Shown: positions 28,734-38,618 of the stretch, in pieces
How the letters are laid out: every line of letters starts with the position of its first letter
Position numbering within the stretch: the first letter of the stretch is position 1
Origin: a virus
DNA: 64,000 nucleotides
Strand: one strand, 5' to 3'
Virus record (IMG/VR): IMGVR_UViG_3300027908_000023
Coordinates: 6,369-70,368 of that record
Notes under the pieces: generated by a model
Told to the model about the DNA's origin: nothing
What the model saw: only the letters and a program-made list of their open reading frames with translations
The model's database searches: none
Program-made: the position numbers and the translations under genes

Positions 28734-29524
28734 CTCAATTGGTTATTCGCTGCCCGGTTCGTAAGATTTAATCCACCATTGAGATTTCGCCGACGGTTTC
28801 CCGATGGATAAACTCCGCGCACGATTCCGCGACATACTTCCCCAGATCGGTGGCGCCGTTGCGGTCGAGCAAGCCCTTGACGGTCAGGGAATCGATGGTT
28901 CGGCAGGCGACCTTTGCTGTCGCGGTTCTCCAGGCACCCGGACCGCCAAGATGATAGAGCCGCATGGCATCAGCCTCTTTGCGCGTGAGGCGCAGCATGC
29001 CAGGCCAGCCGAACAGTTTGGTTTCAAGAACGGGAATCAGGATCACGACGGCGGACTTATTGGCTTTCATGGAGGAAACTCCGGGCGAAGGTTGTGGGTT
29101 GTCTATGGAGTAATTCGCTGGCCGATCCGGGAGATTTGATCGGCCAGCGAAAAATCTCAATAGCCGCCGACCGGCTCGACGCGATTGCGGCACGACCAGC
29201 CCTTGTAATCCTTGATTCTCGGGACGATGATTTCCCGACCGGCCGCATAGGGGTATTCCGGTTGGCCGGTCGGCACATTCTCGCTCAGCATGACACGGAT
29301 CGATTTGCCGTTGATCTTCGCGACCGTGCCGATGCCATCATAGCCGGTTCCGCAATTCGTCCAGACAACCCGAACCGGTTGGCCGATCACAAGAGTTGTC
29401 TCGAAGTCTACAACGGTTCGATATTGTTCGCCGGTCATTGTTCTATTCCTCTGCTGTCGGGCGACAAGAGGTAATTCGCTCGCGGCCGGTTGGCATTTAG
29501 ACCGCGAGCGAATAATCTCCGTCA

Positions 29525-29917
29525 TCAATCCTCATCGGGAAGCATGATGGTAATAACCGGCTCGGCATCGTCGCCAGGTCCACAAATCGACTTGAGCCGA
29601 ACCAGCGGCGGCGTTCCGCGCCGATTCGTGTTCCGCACATGGAGACTGTACAGAACCGTATCGGTGCCGTCCTTGCTCCGCGCGATGGCGCACTTCAACA
29701 TCCAAAGAATGTCCCACAAGCGCCCGGCCTCATCCTGGCACTGGACACCTTCGGGCACCGTCACGTAGCGGGCGTGAACCGCGCTGGTCAGCGCTATCGG
29801 GAACTTGAACCCGGCCTCGCGCGCCATCTCCGATACATCAACAAGCGTGCCATCCTCGATGGCCTGCGCTCTGGTGTAGCGGGAGATGATCTCCGCGCCG
29901 TCGAAAAGATTGCTCAT
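29525..29917 (-). CDS. DUF6573-like protein
   Basis: YTRAQAIEDG.LVDVS..AREAGF..P.A.T..QDEAGRLWDILWM. Confidence 0.75.
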   Translation of the reverse strand: MSNLFDGAEIISRYTRAQAIEDGTLVDVSEMAREAGFKFPIALTSAVHARYVTVPEGVQCQDEAGRLWDILWMLKCAIARSKDGTDTVLYSLHVRNTNRRGTPPLVRLKSICGPGDDAEPVITIMLPDED

Positions 29918-29997
29918 GGGACTTTCTCCGATACAGGGTTGGTTGATCTCTATGGTGTTATTCGCTCCCTGTCGCCGGACATTTAGACCAGCAACTA

Positions 29998-30306
29998 TTA
30001 TTTTTCGTTGGCATTATGGCCGACGCATCCCGACACTTGCCGGAGGATTTCCGCCATGTATCGCCTCTCGTCGAAGTCGGCCAGAACATCGGGCCGCGTC
30101 CAGAAGCGTCCGCCGACCTGGACGAACATGGAGGCCACCTCCCGCCCATCGTCCAGAGAGCACAATAGTTCACCCAGCGCGAAGGCTTGGCCGTGCCAGC
30201 GTAAGGGCGGGACGGCTCCAAGCATGGCATGGTATCTGGATTCCGCGATCTCTTCCCACGGGTTAGCGGCCAGTTCTTCAACGGTGTGGGGATATTGAAT
30301 CTTCAT
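29998..30306 (-). CDS. hypothetical phage protein
   Basis: GAGG SD; co-oriented. Confidence 0.6.
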   Translation of the reverse strand: MKIQYPHTVEELAANPWEEIAESRYHAMLGAVPPLRWHGQAFALGELLCSLDDGREVASMFVQVGGRFWTRPDVLADFDERRYMAEILRQVSGCVGHNANEK

Positions 30307-30328
30307 CGGTCTGACTCCTCAATGGTGA

Positions 30329-30655
30329 TTAGGATTTACCTTTGGCCTTCGCCACAATCGCCCGCGCCGCAGCGATAGCCGGCGCATCCCGAAGCAGGTC
30401 AAGCGCTCCAAGGCATACGCATTCCTCCAGAACGGCGAGCATCTCCGGTGCCAACGCCATCAAGCGAGCGTTCGCCTCTGCTTCGATGGAGGAGATTCGT
30501 CCCGCGTAGCTCACGTCTTCATGGTCGCAGTAGGCCGTTGCGATCAGCTTTGGGTTTTCTGCTTCCGGCATCTGATAGGCAAGCGCGATGTCATGGAGCG
30601 CTTCGGAGGTTGCTGATTCAACGGTCCACGGGCCGGGAGTATGACTATTGCTCAC
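30329..30655 (-). CDS. HTPGPW-family phage protein
   Basis: GTG start overlapping the upstream TGA; SHTPGPW..ANARLMALAPEML. Confidence 0.7.
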   Translation of the reverse strand: MSNSHTPGPWTVESATSEALHDIALAYQMPEAENPKLIATAYCDHEDVSYAGRISSIEAEANARLMALAPEMLAVLEECVCLGALDLLRDAPAIAAARAIVAKAKGKS

Positions 30656-30954
30656 GAATGTTCCCCCTTTGCTTTGGCGATAGCCTCTTTCATGGCGACG
30701 ATTCGCTTGCGCATAATCGCAGAGCCGACATAGCCATCCGTCTCGACAACGGCGATGCACGCGGCCAGCAAGTCCGGCGCGGCAGCGATCAGGTCAGCAT
30801 CGGCGCGGGCTTGATCGCAAGTGTCGGTTTCCAGGTTCTCCGTCAGCACCAGCGCGACTTGCGGTCCGCAACTTCCATCATCGTCCCGCATATAGATGCC
30901 GATGGACTTGGCATCCTCGTAAGGCATCCACGGTCCAGGAGTGTGATTGCCCAT
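30652..30954 (-). CDS. HTPGPW-family phage protein
   Basis: NHTPGPW..ADADLIAAAPDLL..AIAKAKG. Confidence 0.75.
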   Translation of the reverse strand: MGNHTPGPWMPYEDAKSIGIYMRDDDGSCGPQVALVLTENLETDTCDQARADADLIAAAPDLLAACIAVVETDGYVGSAIMRKRIVAMKEAIAKAKGEHS

Positions 30955-32220
30955 GGTTAGTTCTCCTCTCCGGCCAGCCTCTTGGCTTCCGGATACTGGT
31001 GTCCCAGGTTCATGTATTCAACAGCAGACAGCGGGCGATAGAGGGCAATGGACCGTAACGCGCTCATGCGCTGCTCGCGCCAGTAGGCGAACTCGGGAAG
31101 CCCGCTCGTCCGGGCGCACCAGTCATTGAGTTGCTCAAGGCGCGATTCCAGTTGCTCCGGCATGGCGTTGGCTCCTTTGGGGCGACGGGTTGCTCTGTAG
31201 TGTTATTCGTCGGCATCGTGCCGGCATTTAACCGCGTCCACCGATTCTCCGATCTGAGGCGGACAGGTCGGGCAATAATGCCTGTCGCCGATATGGACAT
31301 AGGAGTATGGGTCGCGCGTCCATGAATTCGGCAGCGTCGCGCCGCAGCCGGCGCACAACTCCGCTCTCATCATCGGGCCGATAGTCACGCCCGCAACCAG
31401 ATATTGAGGATCGCCATAGCTTTCCTCATGCTTGCCCGTGAAGGCGTAGAGTTGTCCAGGCTGGCCGTTCGTGACATAGCGAATCGCCGACAGGCCGGTT
31501 ACTTCTTCGACGAACGCCATTGCCATCTGAAGCGTTTCGCGGCGGACAAACAGCGGGTTGCGGCTGGTCTTGCTGCGATGGATGATGACGATGAAAGGGC
31601 AGTAGTTCGGATGGGTGTCTTGCTTCTGGAGGCGCTGAGCCTCATTGTCGATGTTGATGATCATGGCTTTTTTCCGTATGGTTGTCGGTTGTCTCTGTAT
31701 GGTTATTCGCTCCCCATCCACGGATATTTACCGGTGATACTTCAGAAGCGATCCGTCCGCCAGCGTGATCTGCGTTCCACGGCGAATCATCTCCTGCCCG
31801 TCCGATCCGGCCAGCACATAATAGGTCGGCTCCCAGGTGGCGGACTTCTGCTGAACCTCCACGATCTCATAGATTTCGCTGCTGATGACCAGGGCACCGG
31901 ATCGCAGCTTTACCTTGTCGCCGACGCCATAGAGGCCAAGTGTCATGGCTGAATCTCCTGATGATTGTTTCGTGTTCTCTACATGGTTATTCGCTCGCCA
32001 TCCATCCGCATTTAACCCGGTCGCAGTTTTTCCATTGAGCGCTTCCAATCCCTGAAGCAATCCTGCCAGCTATCCGCCTCATACCCGGGCGGTTGCCGGT
32101 CGATCCAGGCGACCCAGCGGGCTCGCGCTTCGGCGATCTCTGCATAGCTATCGGTGCCGAACAGCCGGGCTTCTGTGCTACCGGCAAGCGTGATGGCCTC
32201 GTTGATGAGGCGTAGTTTTG

Positions 32221-32496
32221 TCATGGTTGTTCTCTGTTGTCGGCCAGAATCGAGCCGGCCGCAAGCGATTGCTCTTCAGCCGCCATGTATTCAGCTTCAT
32301 TCGCATCATAGGTCACGTACAGAGCGACACGCTTGAGGAAATCGCCATCTCCCCACATCCAGGCCGTCGTCTCTTCATCTGCCTCATCTTCGACGTGATT
32401 GCGGATCTTGCAGGCGCGTTGAAACGCCGCCAGATCGACCGCGTTCGCGTTATCGCCCAGATCAGAAATATCCATCGTGCGGAACGTGGTTGGCAT
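32221..32496 (-). CDS. hypothetical early protein separated from its promoter by IS607
   Basis: GGGAG SD before MPTTFRT. Confidence 0.6.
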   Translation of the reverse strand: MPTTFRTMDISDLGDNANAVDLAAFQRACKIRNHVEDEADEETTAWMWGDGDFLKRVALYVTYDANEAEYMAAEEQSLAAGSILADNREQP

Positions 32497-32582
32497 CGCG
32501 ATTCTCCCGGTTATGGTTGTTCCCGTCATCCGATACCTTTCTCGCTACTCTTTGTTACCAAATCATAGCGGCATGCACCGCA

Positions 32583-33698
32583 CTATGCGGCGGGGGTATC
32601 TCCCAAAGCACGCAGGTAGATCCCGCGTGCGCCGTTGATGTCTCGATCCATCGAGACGCCATCCGAACCGTTGATCACCCGCCGACCTCCAAGGTTAGCG
32701 ATGATCTCTCCCGACCAGCTACAGGTCTTCGACGTGTAGGCTTCGTTGATGATCCGCACCGTCTTACCCTCCTGATCCGCCTTGGCTATCAACCGCATGC
32801 GGAACCGAGAATGGGCCAATCCCAACATGCTCCGCACCGACTTCTTGCGAAGCCGGCGCTTGGCACGACAGGACATTTCCTTGGCCGAGAAGGCCGGTAT
32901 ACAGATCACGTCGAAGTTGTCGAGCAAGAACCGGATCGACTTCCAGTGAAGCTCGTCGATCAGGTTGTTGATCTTTCGGCGCAGCCGATTGATCCCCAGC
33001 GTGAGCCGGCGCTTGCCACGGCCGTCCGCCTTGGCGCGCCGACCCATCAGACGATCCAGGTGGAACAACAACCGCACAATCCTTTGCTGCGACTGATCGC
33101 CGATCTTGCCGACAAGCGCGGGCGAATAGAAGGTCAGGAAGGTTCGGACGCCGGGGTCCAGCGCGACCATGCGACCTTGGTTCTCGGTCGTTTTGTGCAT
33201 GGTCACGCTGAACGATACCGACAGATACCATGCGCCATTGTCCCAGACGAGTCGGGAATCCCGATGCTGCTGGGGGACGGGTTCTGCGGCCCACAAATCC
33301 CCGGCGATTCGTGGATAGATGCCGATGGAACGATCTCCGGTCGGCTTGATCGCACTATGAGGAATAAAACAACTCTGCGTCGGATTACGCCGGCTGCGAA
33401 AATGCATCTCGAAACTCGGGATAATACCCTGCTTTACTCTGAGTTTCTGCGCCGTGAAGGCCAGGCAGGCATCCTTGACCGCAATGGATTTTACCTGAAA
33501 CGGTACGTCGCGAAACCATGCCGGCGTGCCGGACAGGATCATCTTCTTGACCTGCATCCAATGCGGCCGCGATCCATCAATACCATTGAGATACTCAATC
33601 GTCTGATTGTATGCCCAACGGCTACCGGCCATCCAGTGCCGGAACGTCTTGGCCTGCTCCGGCGTCGGCGAGAGTTTGATCCGCCGCGATTTCGTCAC
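32583..33698 (-). CDS. tnpB: TnpB RNA-guided nuclease, IS607 type with Fanzor-like rearranged RuvC
   Basis: ALDPGVRTF (RuvC-I), VICIPAF (Pro instead of Glu), NEAYTSKTCS, DRDINGA; GTG start inferred. Confidence 0.85.
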   Translation of the reverse strand: MTKSRRIKLSPTPEQAKTFRHWMAGSRWAYNQTIEYLNGIDGSRPHWMQVKKMILSGTPAWFRDVPFQVKSIAVKDACLAFTAQKLRVKQGIIPSFEMHFRSRRNPTQSCFIPHSAIKPTGDRSIGIYPRIAGDLWAAEPVPQQHRDSRLVWDNGAWYLSVSFSVTMHKTTENQGRMVALDPGVRTFLTFYSPALVGKIGDQSQQRIVRLLFHLDRLMGRRAKADGRGKRRLTLGINRLRRKINNLIDELHWKSIRFLLDNFDVICIPAFSAKEMSCRAKRRLRKKSVRSMLGLAHSRFRMRLIAKADQEGKTVRIINEAYTSKTCSWSGEIIANLGGRRVINGSDGVSMDRDINGARGIYLRALGDTPAA

Positions 33699-34230
33699 GG
33701 TACTTGCGGAGGCCGTGCATCCGGGCTCCAAAGACAGTGAGGATGGCAAGCAAGTCTCCGACAAGTTCATCGTAGGGGCCGGCATGATCGCGCTTACCGA
33801 GAACCACGATCTCGCCTCCGGCACGGCGGATCTGGTGATCGATAAGCTCGAAGCCGAACCGAGCCAATCGGTCGCGGTGGGCAACCACAACCCGCAACTT
33901 AGCGCCGCGTGCCGCGCGGTCCAGTAGGGCGAGCAATCCTTTTCGCTTGAAGTTGAGCCCGCTGCCGATGTCGCTGACGATCTCTGCGTCATGATACTTG
34001 CTCTTGAGGTATTCCACCTGTCTGGCCAGGTCGTCCTTCTGCCTGTGACTACTCACCCGGGCATACAGAATCGTGATCGTCTCGCCACTCAGGAAACTCG
34101 ATATGTCAAAATGCCTTGCTCCGTTCGGCATCCGGATGCACGGTATCGTACCGTTATCCGCATACTTGCGGAGCGTGTTGGGGTGAAGTCCGGTTGCCAG
34201 CACGGCCTTTCGTAGCGGAACGTAACTCAT
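33622..34230 (-). CDS. tnpA: IS607 serine recombinase TnpA
   Basis: MerR-like HTH (LHPNTLRKYAD) plus YARVSSHRQKDDLARQ, DIGSGLNFKRKGL, HRDRLARFGF. Confidence 0.95.
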   Translation of the reverse strand: MSYVPLRKAVLATGLHPNTLRKYADNGTIPCIRMPNGARHFDISSFLSGETITILYARVSSHRQKDDLARQVEYLKSKYHDAEIVSDIGSGLNFKRKGLLALLDRAARGAKLRVVVAHRDRLARFGFELIDHQIRRAGGEIVVLGKRDHAGPYDELVGDLLAILTVFGARMHGLRKYRDEIAADQTLADAGAGQDVPALDGR

Positions 34231-34238
34231 GTCAGGTA

Positions 34239-34267
34239 ATGGTAGCGGAAAAGCTAACGGTTGTCAA
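34239..34267 (-). promoter_or_regulatory. IS607 sigma70-type promoter
   Basis: TTGACA-N17-TACCAT, 8 nt before the tnpA ATG. Confidence 0.65.
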
Positions 34268-34326
34268 CCTCCGACACAGAGCTATTCGCTGCCGGTCGGA
34301 GGATCTTTGCGCCGGTAGGATTTTTC

Positions 34327-35154
34327 TCATGCGGCCAGTGCGGTTTCCGCCGGCACTTCTGATGTTTCCGGTTCGCTGTCGGCCATGCGCCGCAACTCTT
34401 CCCCGAACTCGATCTCTCTCCGCCATTCGTCCCATCCGGTCAGATTCTCAACGGCCTTCTCGCCGCGCTGCCGTGCTGCCAGGGCATCGACACCAGCGCC
34501 AACCGGAGCCGCGTCATCGTTGGCGCGCCAGGCATAAGGCATCAGCGCTGCAACGGCGCGTTGCGTCCCGTTCGTGGCACGAACCACCATCGGCGCACCG
34601 TTGGCGTGAATCTCAATCGTCACTGCCGTGCCGTCGCCGGAGAAGTGCTTCAGAACCTCCAGCAGTTCGGCCAGCAGATCGGCGCTGACGTGCTGCGCGG
34701 CGACCGGTTCGCCTTTGGGCAGGACGTGATCCGTGTTCGGATAGCGCCCGTCCACGTTGCGCGGTTGTCGGACAAGGTTTGATTCCAGATCCGTGGTTGC
34801 CAGGGTTGAGACTGCTTCTCCCATGACGCAAGCCACGCTCTGGAGCGCCGGCTTGCCCTTCTTCGGGCATTCCTTGAAGGCGCGCTCGAATTCCTTTCCG
34901 GGAATTAGTGCGGTTGTCTGCCCGTTCGGCGCGGCATCCAGAGCCGGGATGGAGGGATACTCGGCAGGGTTATCGACGTTGGGCCCGGATACCCTGATGA
35001 GCCTCTTGCCGTCCGTCGCTTCGACCACATAGCCGGCCGGTTGGGTTTCCGTGGCGGGTGTCTCGGAAACCTTTACACCCGTCAAGGCGAAACGTGCCGA
35101 TTCGCTGGCCGTGATCTTGACCAGGGAAGCGAGATTGCGAGGAAGAAGAAGCAT
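34327..35154 (-). CDS. truncated DNA polymerase III beta-clamp-like protein
   Basis: RFALTGV, EATDGKRL, DGRYPNTDHVLP resemble DnaN domains II-III. Confidence 0.65.
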   Translation of the reverse strand: MLLLPRNLASLVKITASESARFALTGVKVSETPATETQPAGYVVEATDGKRLIRVSGPNVDNPAEYPSIPALDAAPNGQTTALIPGKEFERAFKECPKKGKPALQSVACVMGEAVSTLATTDLESNLVRQPRNVDGRYPNTDHVLPKGEPVAAQHVSADLLAELLEVLKHFSGDGTAVTIEIHANGAPMVVRATNGTQRAVAALMPYAWRANDDAAPVGAGVDALAARQRGEKAVENLTGWDEWRREIEFGEELRRMADSEPETSEVPAETALAA

Positions 35155-35256
35155 GGTCGTGGTCCTTTCGAGCGATGGTTGTGAAAGCTGTCTGTATGGT
35201 TATTCGTTGGCGGGCGATTGATATTTAGATCACATGGGGATTTTTCTCCTGCCCGG

Positions 35257-35970
35257 TCAGGCTCCCAGCAATACCGCGCATTGATGCGCCATCTCGGCAG
35301 CGTGCGCCATGCCACGAAAGGTCTTGCCCAGAGCCAGGCGAACAATCTTCATCAGGCCGTGTTTATGCCCGGCAAGAGGCAGCGTTTTGGTCTTGCGGCC
35401 GAAGTCGTGCTGTTCCTCGATGACTTCAACATCACGGACGGGCACCTGGAATTCCACATGGACATAATGACCCTCCGAGCCGCCAGTGACCGGCCAGGCC
35501 GCGATTCGCCAGTAGTCGTGCGGAACAATGGTGGTTTCCTTGTCGTAGGTATCCGGACCGCCGAAATACTCATCGATGAACGAGTAGAATTCGCCGCCGC
35601 AATCGGCTCCCTGTTCTGGCGGAACATGGTGGGTCAGGTCGCGGTAACAGTCATCTTCCTTGACCTTGCGCGCACCGCACTTGTCGCATACCAGATAGTC
35701 CAGGGCATCGCGCAGGTCGGCGTGAACCTCCGAGAGCGTGCGCATCTTGACGCGCTTGAGATGGCCGGTCTTCTCTTTTGTCTCTGGGTCCAGGACATAG
35801 GCCCATACGTCCAGCGGAATGGACTCCGTGCCGATGGGGATAACCTTGCCGGATGCGTCAAGCATGGCATGCCGGGCATAGGTGCGCGGCGCGGGTGGGA
35901 CGATCTCGCCCATGATGCCGCGCCGGATCTCATCGGGCGTGAAGGCGTAACGGTCGATTGTGGCTGGCAT
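35257..35970 (-). CDS. hypothetical phage protein
   Basis: Follows promoter 36015; start at MPATID. Confidence 0.7.
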   Translation of the reverse strand: MPATIDRYAFTPDEIRRGIMGEIVPPAPRTYARHAMLDASGKVIPIGTESIPLDVWAYVLDPETKEKTGHLKRVKMRTLSEVHADLRDALDYLVCDKCGARKVKEDDCYRDLTHHVPPEQGADCGGEFYSFIDEYFGGPDTYDKETTIVPHDYWRIAAWPVTGGSEGHYVHVEFQVPVRDVEVIEEQHDFGRKTKTLPLAGHKHGLMKIVRLALGKTFRGMAHAAEMAHQCAVLLGA

Positions 35971-36066
35971 GGAGGCTTTCCTTTCAGTGTGGTTGGCTCT
36001 GGTTGTCTGTATGGTTGTTCGCCGGCTGTCCCGCGACATTTAGACGCGGGACGGGATTTTTCTAGA

Positions 36067-36564
36067 TCAATCACGCATGGAATCAATCCAGGCTTCATGC
36101 GCCTCTTCTTGATCCCGTTCGATCCTCTCCGCTTCCTCGCAAGCCGGGTGATAATGCTCCTGGCCGGCGCGAAGGCGCTTTTCGCAACGGAGACACTTGC
36201 CGGCATGCCTGGCGCGAACCCGCGCCATTGCCTCATCGGTGCAAACGTGCCCCGGCAACTTGTTGCCGTCCGGGTCGGTATTCCAGTCGCCGCACATCGG
36301 GCAGCGCATGCGGTCTTCGATCACCTTGTTGACGGCGCGAAAAAGGCAGAGTTGCACAAACCTTCCACCGGCTTCGCTGGCTTCGCGAAGCGATCCGTAT
36401 CCGGTATCGGAAGTGTAGATCACTTCGCGATTCAGCAACACGGAGAAGAGATAGTAGGGCGATTCATGATCGCCGAAGGCGTCGATTGAAATGTCCATTG
36501 AGGCTTTCCTTTCACTAGAGATTGATTCTGAACGCTCCGCGATGGTGCATGGCTTCCAGGGCAA
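36067..36564 (-). CDS. hypothetical Cys-rich protein
   Basis: Likely start at MDISID; CPMCG and CLRC motifs. Confidence 0.6.
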   Translation of the reverse strand: MPWKPCTIAERSESISSERKASMDISIDAFGDHESPYYLFSVLLNREVIYTSDTGYGSLREASEAGGRFVQLCLFRAVNKVIEDRMRCPMCGDWNTDPDGNKLPGHVCTDEAMARVRARHAGKCLRCEKRLRAGQEHYHPACEEAERIERDQEEAHEAWIDSMRD

Positions 36565-36725
36565 TCAGGATGGCGATTGAGACTAGTATGGTCAGCATGG
36601 CTGATTCCTTTCGCATGGTGTTTTGTCTGACCATTGTTATTCGCTGACCATCCAGGATTATTGAGACGAGAGACGAAAAATCCCAGCGGCTTCCTTTCCG
36701 CCGGGATCGCGCTGGTATTCAAGTC

Positions 36726-37274
36726 TCAGTTCCCGGTTCGGCAAACCGCCTTCGTCTGAGCGAATTCTGCCTTGTTGTGGATCTCGCCGAATGCCGCAAG
36801 CCCGAGGCTCAATCTTGCTTCGTGACAGCCCGCGCCGACGAAACCAGTCGTCTCGCAGACTCCCTCTTTCGAGAGCGTCAATACTCCGCCATCTGGATGG
36901 TATACGGTAATCCCTTGCGGCGTGCGTTCCGCTTGCCAGCCCAGCAGTTCTGCCTGTCGGAGCGTGTGTTGAATCGTGTATTCTTCCTTGAGCAACGGCA
37001 GTTGCGACTGATCGCCCCAGTAACCACCATAGGCGTCGAAGGCCAGCTCACCATCGGGGCGCAAAACCAACGGGTGATACCAGTAATGCTTGCCCTCATG
37101 CTCATGGTAGCCGTTGGCCATCGGCAGGCGAAAGCCCCAGCCCGATTGAACCGTATCGCCCAGGCTATGAGTATCCGCCCAACCGTACCAGATGCCGCCC
37201 ATCGCCAGGACGGCCGCGCGAAGCGTTTCCGGGTCGCGATACTCCACCTTCACCGTGACGGTATGGCTGGTCAC
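36726..37274 (-). CDS. DUF1257 (Ycf35-like)-DUF2997 fusion protein
   Basis: SHTVTVKVEYRDPETLRAAV N-terminus; EG..ETTGFVGAGCHEA C-terminus; start uncertain. Confidence 0.55.
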   Translation of the reverse strand: MTSHTVTVKVEYRDPETLRAAVLAMGGIWYGWADTHSLGDTVQSGWGFRLPMANGYHEHEGKHYWYHPLVLRPDGELAFDAYGGYWGDQSQLPLLKEEYTIQHTLRQAELLGWQAERTPQGITVYHPDGGVLTLSKEGVCETTGFVGAGCHEARLSLGLAAFGEIHNKAEFAQTKAVCRTGN

Positions 37275-37330
37275 AACAGCCGGTCCAAGCGTATTCAGAA
37301 TCGGACCGAACCGGCAGAAGAACCGGCCGC

Positions 37331-37357
37331 CCTGTGCCCTCTCGAAAGAGGGACAGG
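37331..37357 (-). terminator. strong intergenic hairpin with a TTCG loop
   Basis: CCTGT-CCCTCT/AGAGGG-C-ACAGG; no clear U-tract. Confidence 0.35.
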
Positions 37358-37374
37358 TTCGCGGGCAAGAGAAA

Positions 37375-38496
37375 CTATGCAACATGACTTGTCTCCGGGA
37401 CGTTGTTGGTGTTGATGCTGGCCTCTTCCTCGAATGGAAGTTCCATCATCTGGAAAGTAGTTCGTCGCGGGGCGATGTATATTGCTTCCTCTTCGTGGAT
37501 TTCTTCTGGATTGTTGCTTGTGGCCTCCATGCTGGCCGGAGTGCTCACGGCCGGTTCCTCGCTCGCCAGTTCCGCGCCGTCGTCGAAGCTGATTCTTCGC
37601 TTCGGTGCCGTCACGATGTTCTGGTCAATCTGCTGCGAGAGCGTCTCAATACCGGCCTTGATGTCCTGGCGGAGTTGCTCGTTGGTTCGCAGCGCCTGCG
37701 AAGTGACACCAGAAACCAGCCCTTCCGCTTGCTTCACCAGCGCATCCAGTTCGGGATTTGAACGCACCGAAAGACTCTGGAATCTCCCGAAGAATTCCCG
37801 GAAATTATCAATAGCGGTTGAAGAGAGAATCTTCCGCCCCTCCGGCCCATCGGTGAGCCTCTCCTGAAGATGGTTGACCAGCTTGGCGAATTCTTCCGCG
37901 AACATACTCTCTGCCATCTGTACGGCCTGATCGAAGCGTGCCGCGATGCGCTGGCGCTCCTGCTCGTAAAGAGCCGGATTGAGGTTCTTGAGGTAATCCG
38001 GTGGCTCGACGCTGGGGTATTCCCATTCGATGGCGAAAAGATTGCTCACGGTTTCCGGGTAATCCTTGGCATCAAAGAGCCGACCGAGACGGACGGCGGC
38101 TTGCTCTCTGACCGTGGCATAGTGGTCCGCGAAGTCGGCAACCGCGCCGGCCAGTTGAGAGCGAAACTCCGTCATCTGGGCATCGAATTCGGCGACTTGC
38201 TGCTGACGCAAGAGCCGGATGCCAGGTTCCGGGAAGGGCAGCGTAGAGTCTTTCCAGAAGGTCCGGATTCTGGAGCGGAGCGTGGTCAAGACCTTGTATA
38301 CCTTGTCCTTGGTATTGATGAGCTTCTTCGATGCGCTGATGGCATCATCACTGGCCCCGAAGGTATCGGCGGCTTCATGGGCATGGTCAGCAGAAAGGCG
38401 CTTCGTGGTCCCCATCCACGTAAAGCTGATCCTCACCGCTGCCGCGTTGACGCGAAGTTCCTGCGCGGCATTGTTGTTCGTGGTGTTCTCGGACAT
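37375..38496 (-). CDS. DUF3150-like protein
   Basis: AVRISFTWMG..SKKLI..STLPFPEPGIRL..IEWEYPSVEPP pattern, recalled from planctomycete mobile elements. Confidence 0.6.
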   Translation of the reverse strand: MSENTTNNNAAQELRVNAAAVRISFTWMGTTKRLSADHAHEAADTFGASDDAISASKKLINTKDKVYKVLTTLRSRIRTFWKDSTLPFPEPGIRLLRQQQVAEFDAQMTEFRSQLAGAVADFADHYATVREQAAVRLGRLFDAKDYPETVSNLFAIEWEYPSVEPPDYLKNLNPALYEQERQRIAARFDQAVQMAESMFAEEFAKLVNHLQERLTDGPEGRKILSSTAIDNFREFFGRFQSLSVRSNPELDALVKQAEGLVSGVTSQALRTNEQLRQDIKAGIETLSQQIDQNIVTAPKRRISFDDGAELASEEPAVSTPASMEATSNNPEEIHEEEAIYIAPRRTTFQMMELPFEEEASINTNNVPETSHVA

Positions 38497-38618
38497 GGTT
38501 GATTCCCCCTTGCATTGATGTTTTCGGTTTCTTGTCCCCACAAGAAGTATTTCGCTGGCGAGTTAGCAATATTGAGGAAATCCAGAACAACTATTCTGGA
38601 TTTCCTCAATGGTAACTT

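Larger units (their letters stand above)
32532..34272 (-). mobile_element. IS607-family element
   Basis: tnpA (serine recombinase) and tnpB; TCGGA (GG core) at both junctions, CC at 32530-31 and 34271-72; no TSD. Confidence 0.85.

Noticed and set aside
33699-33992. N-terminal 98 codons of the listed 469-aa TnpB ORF
   Set aside because: Overlaps tnpA in another frame and is not TnpB-like; the GTG at 33698 is the more plausible start.
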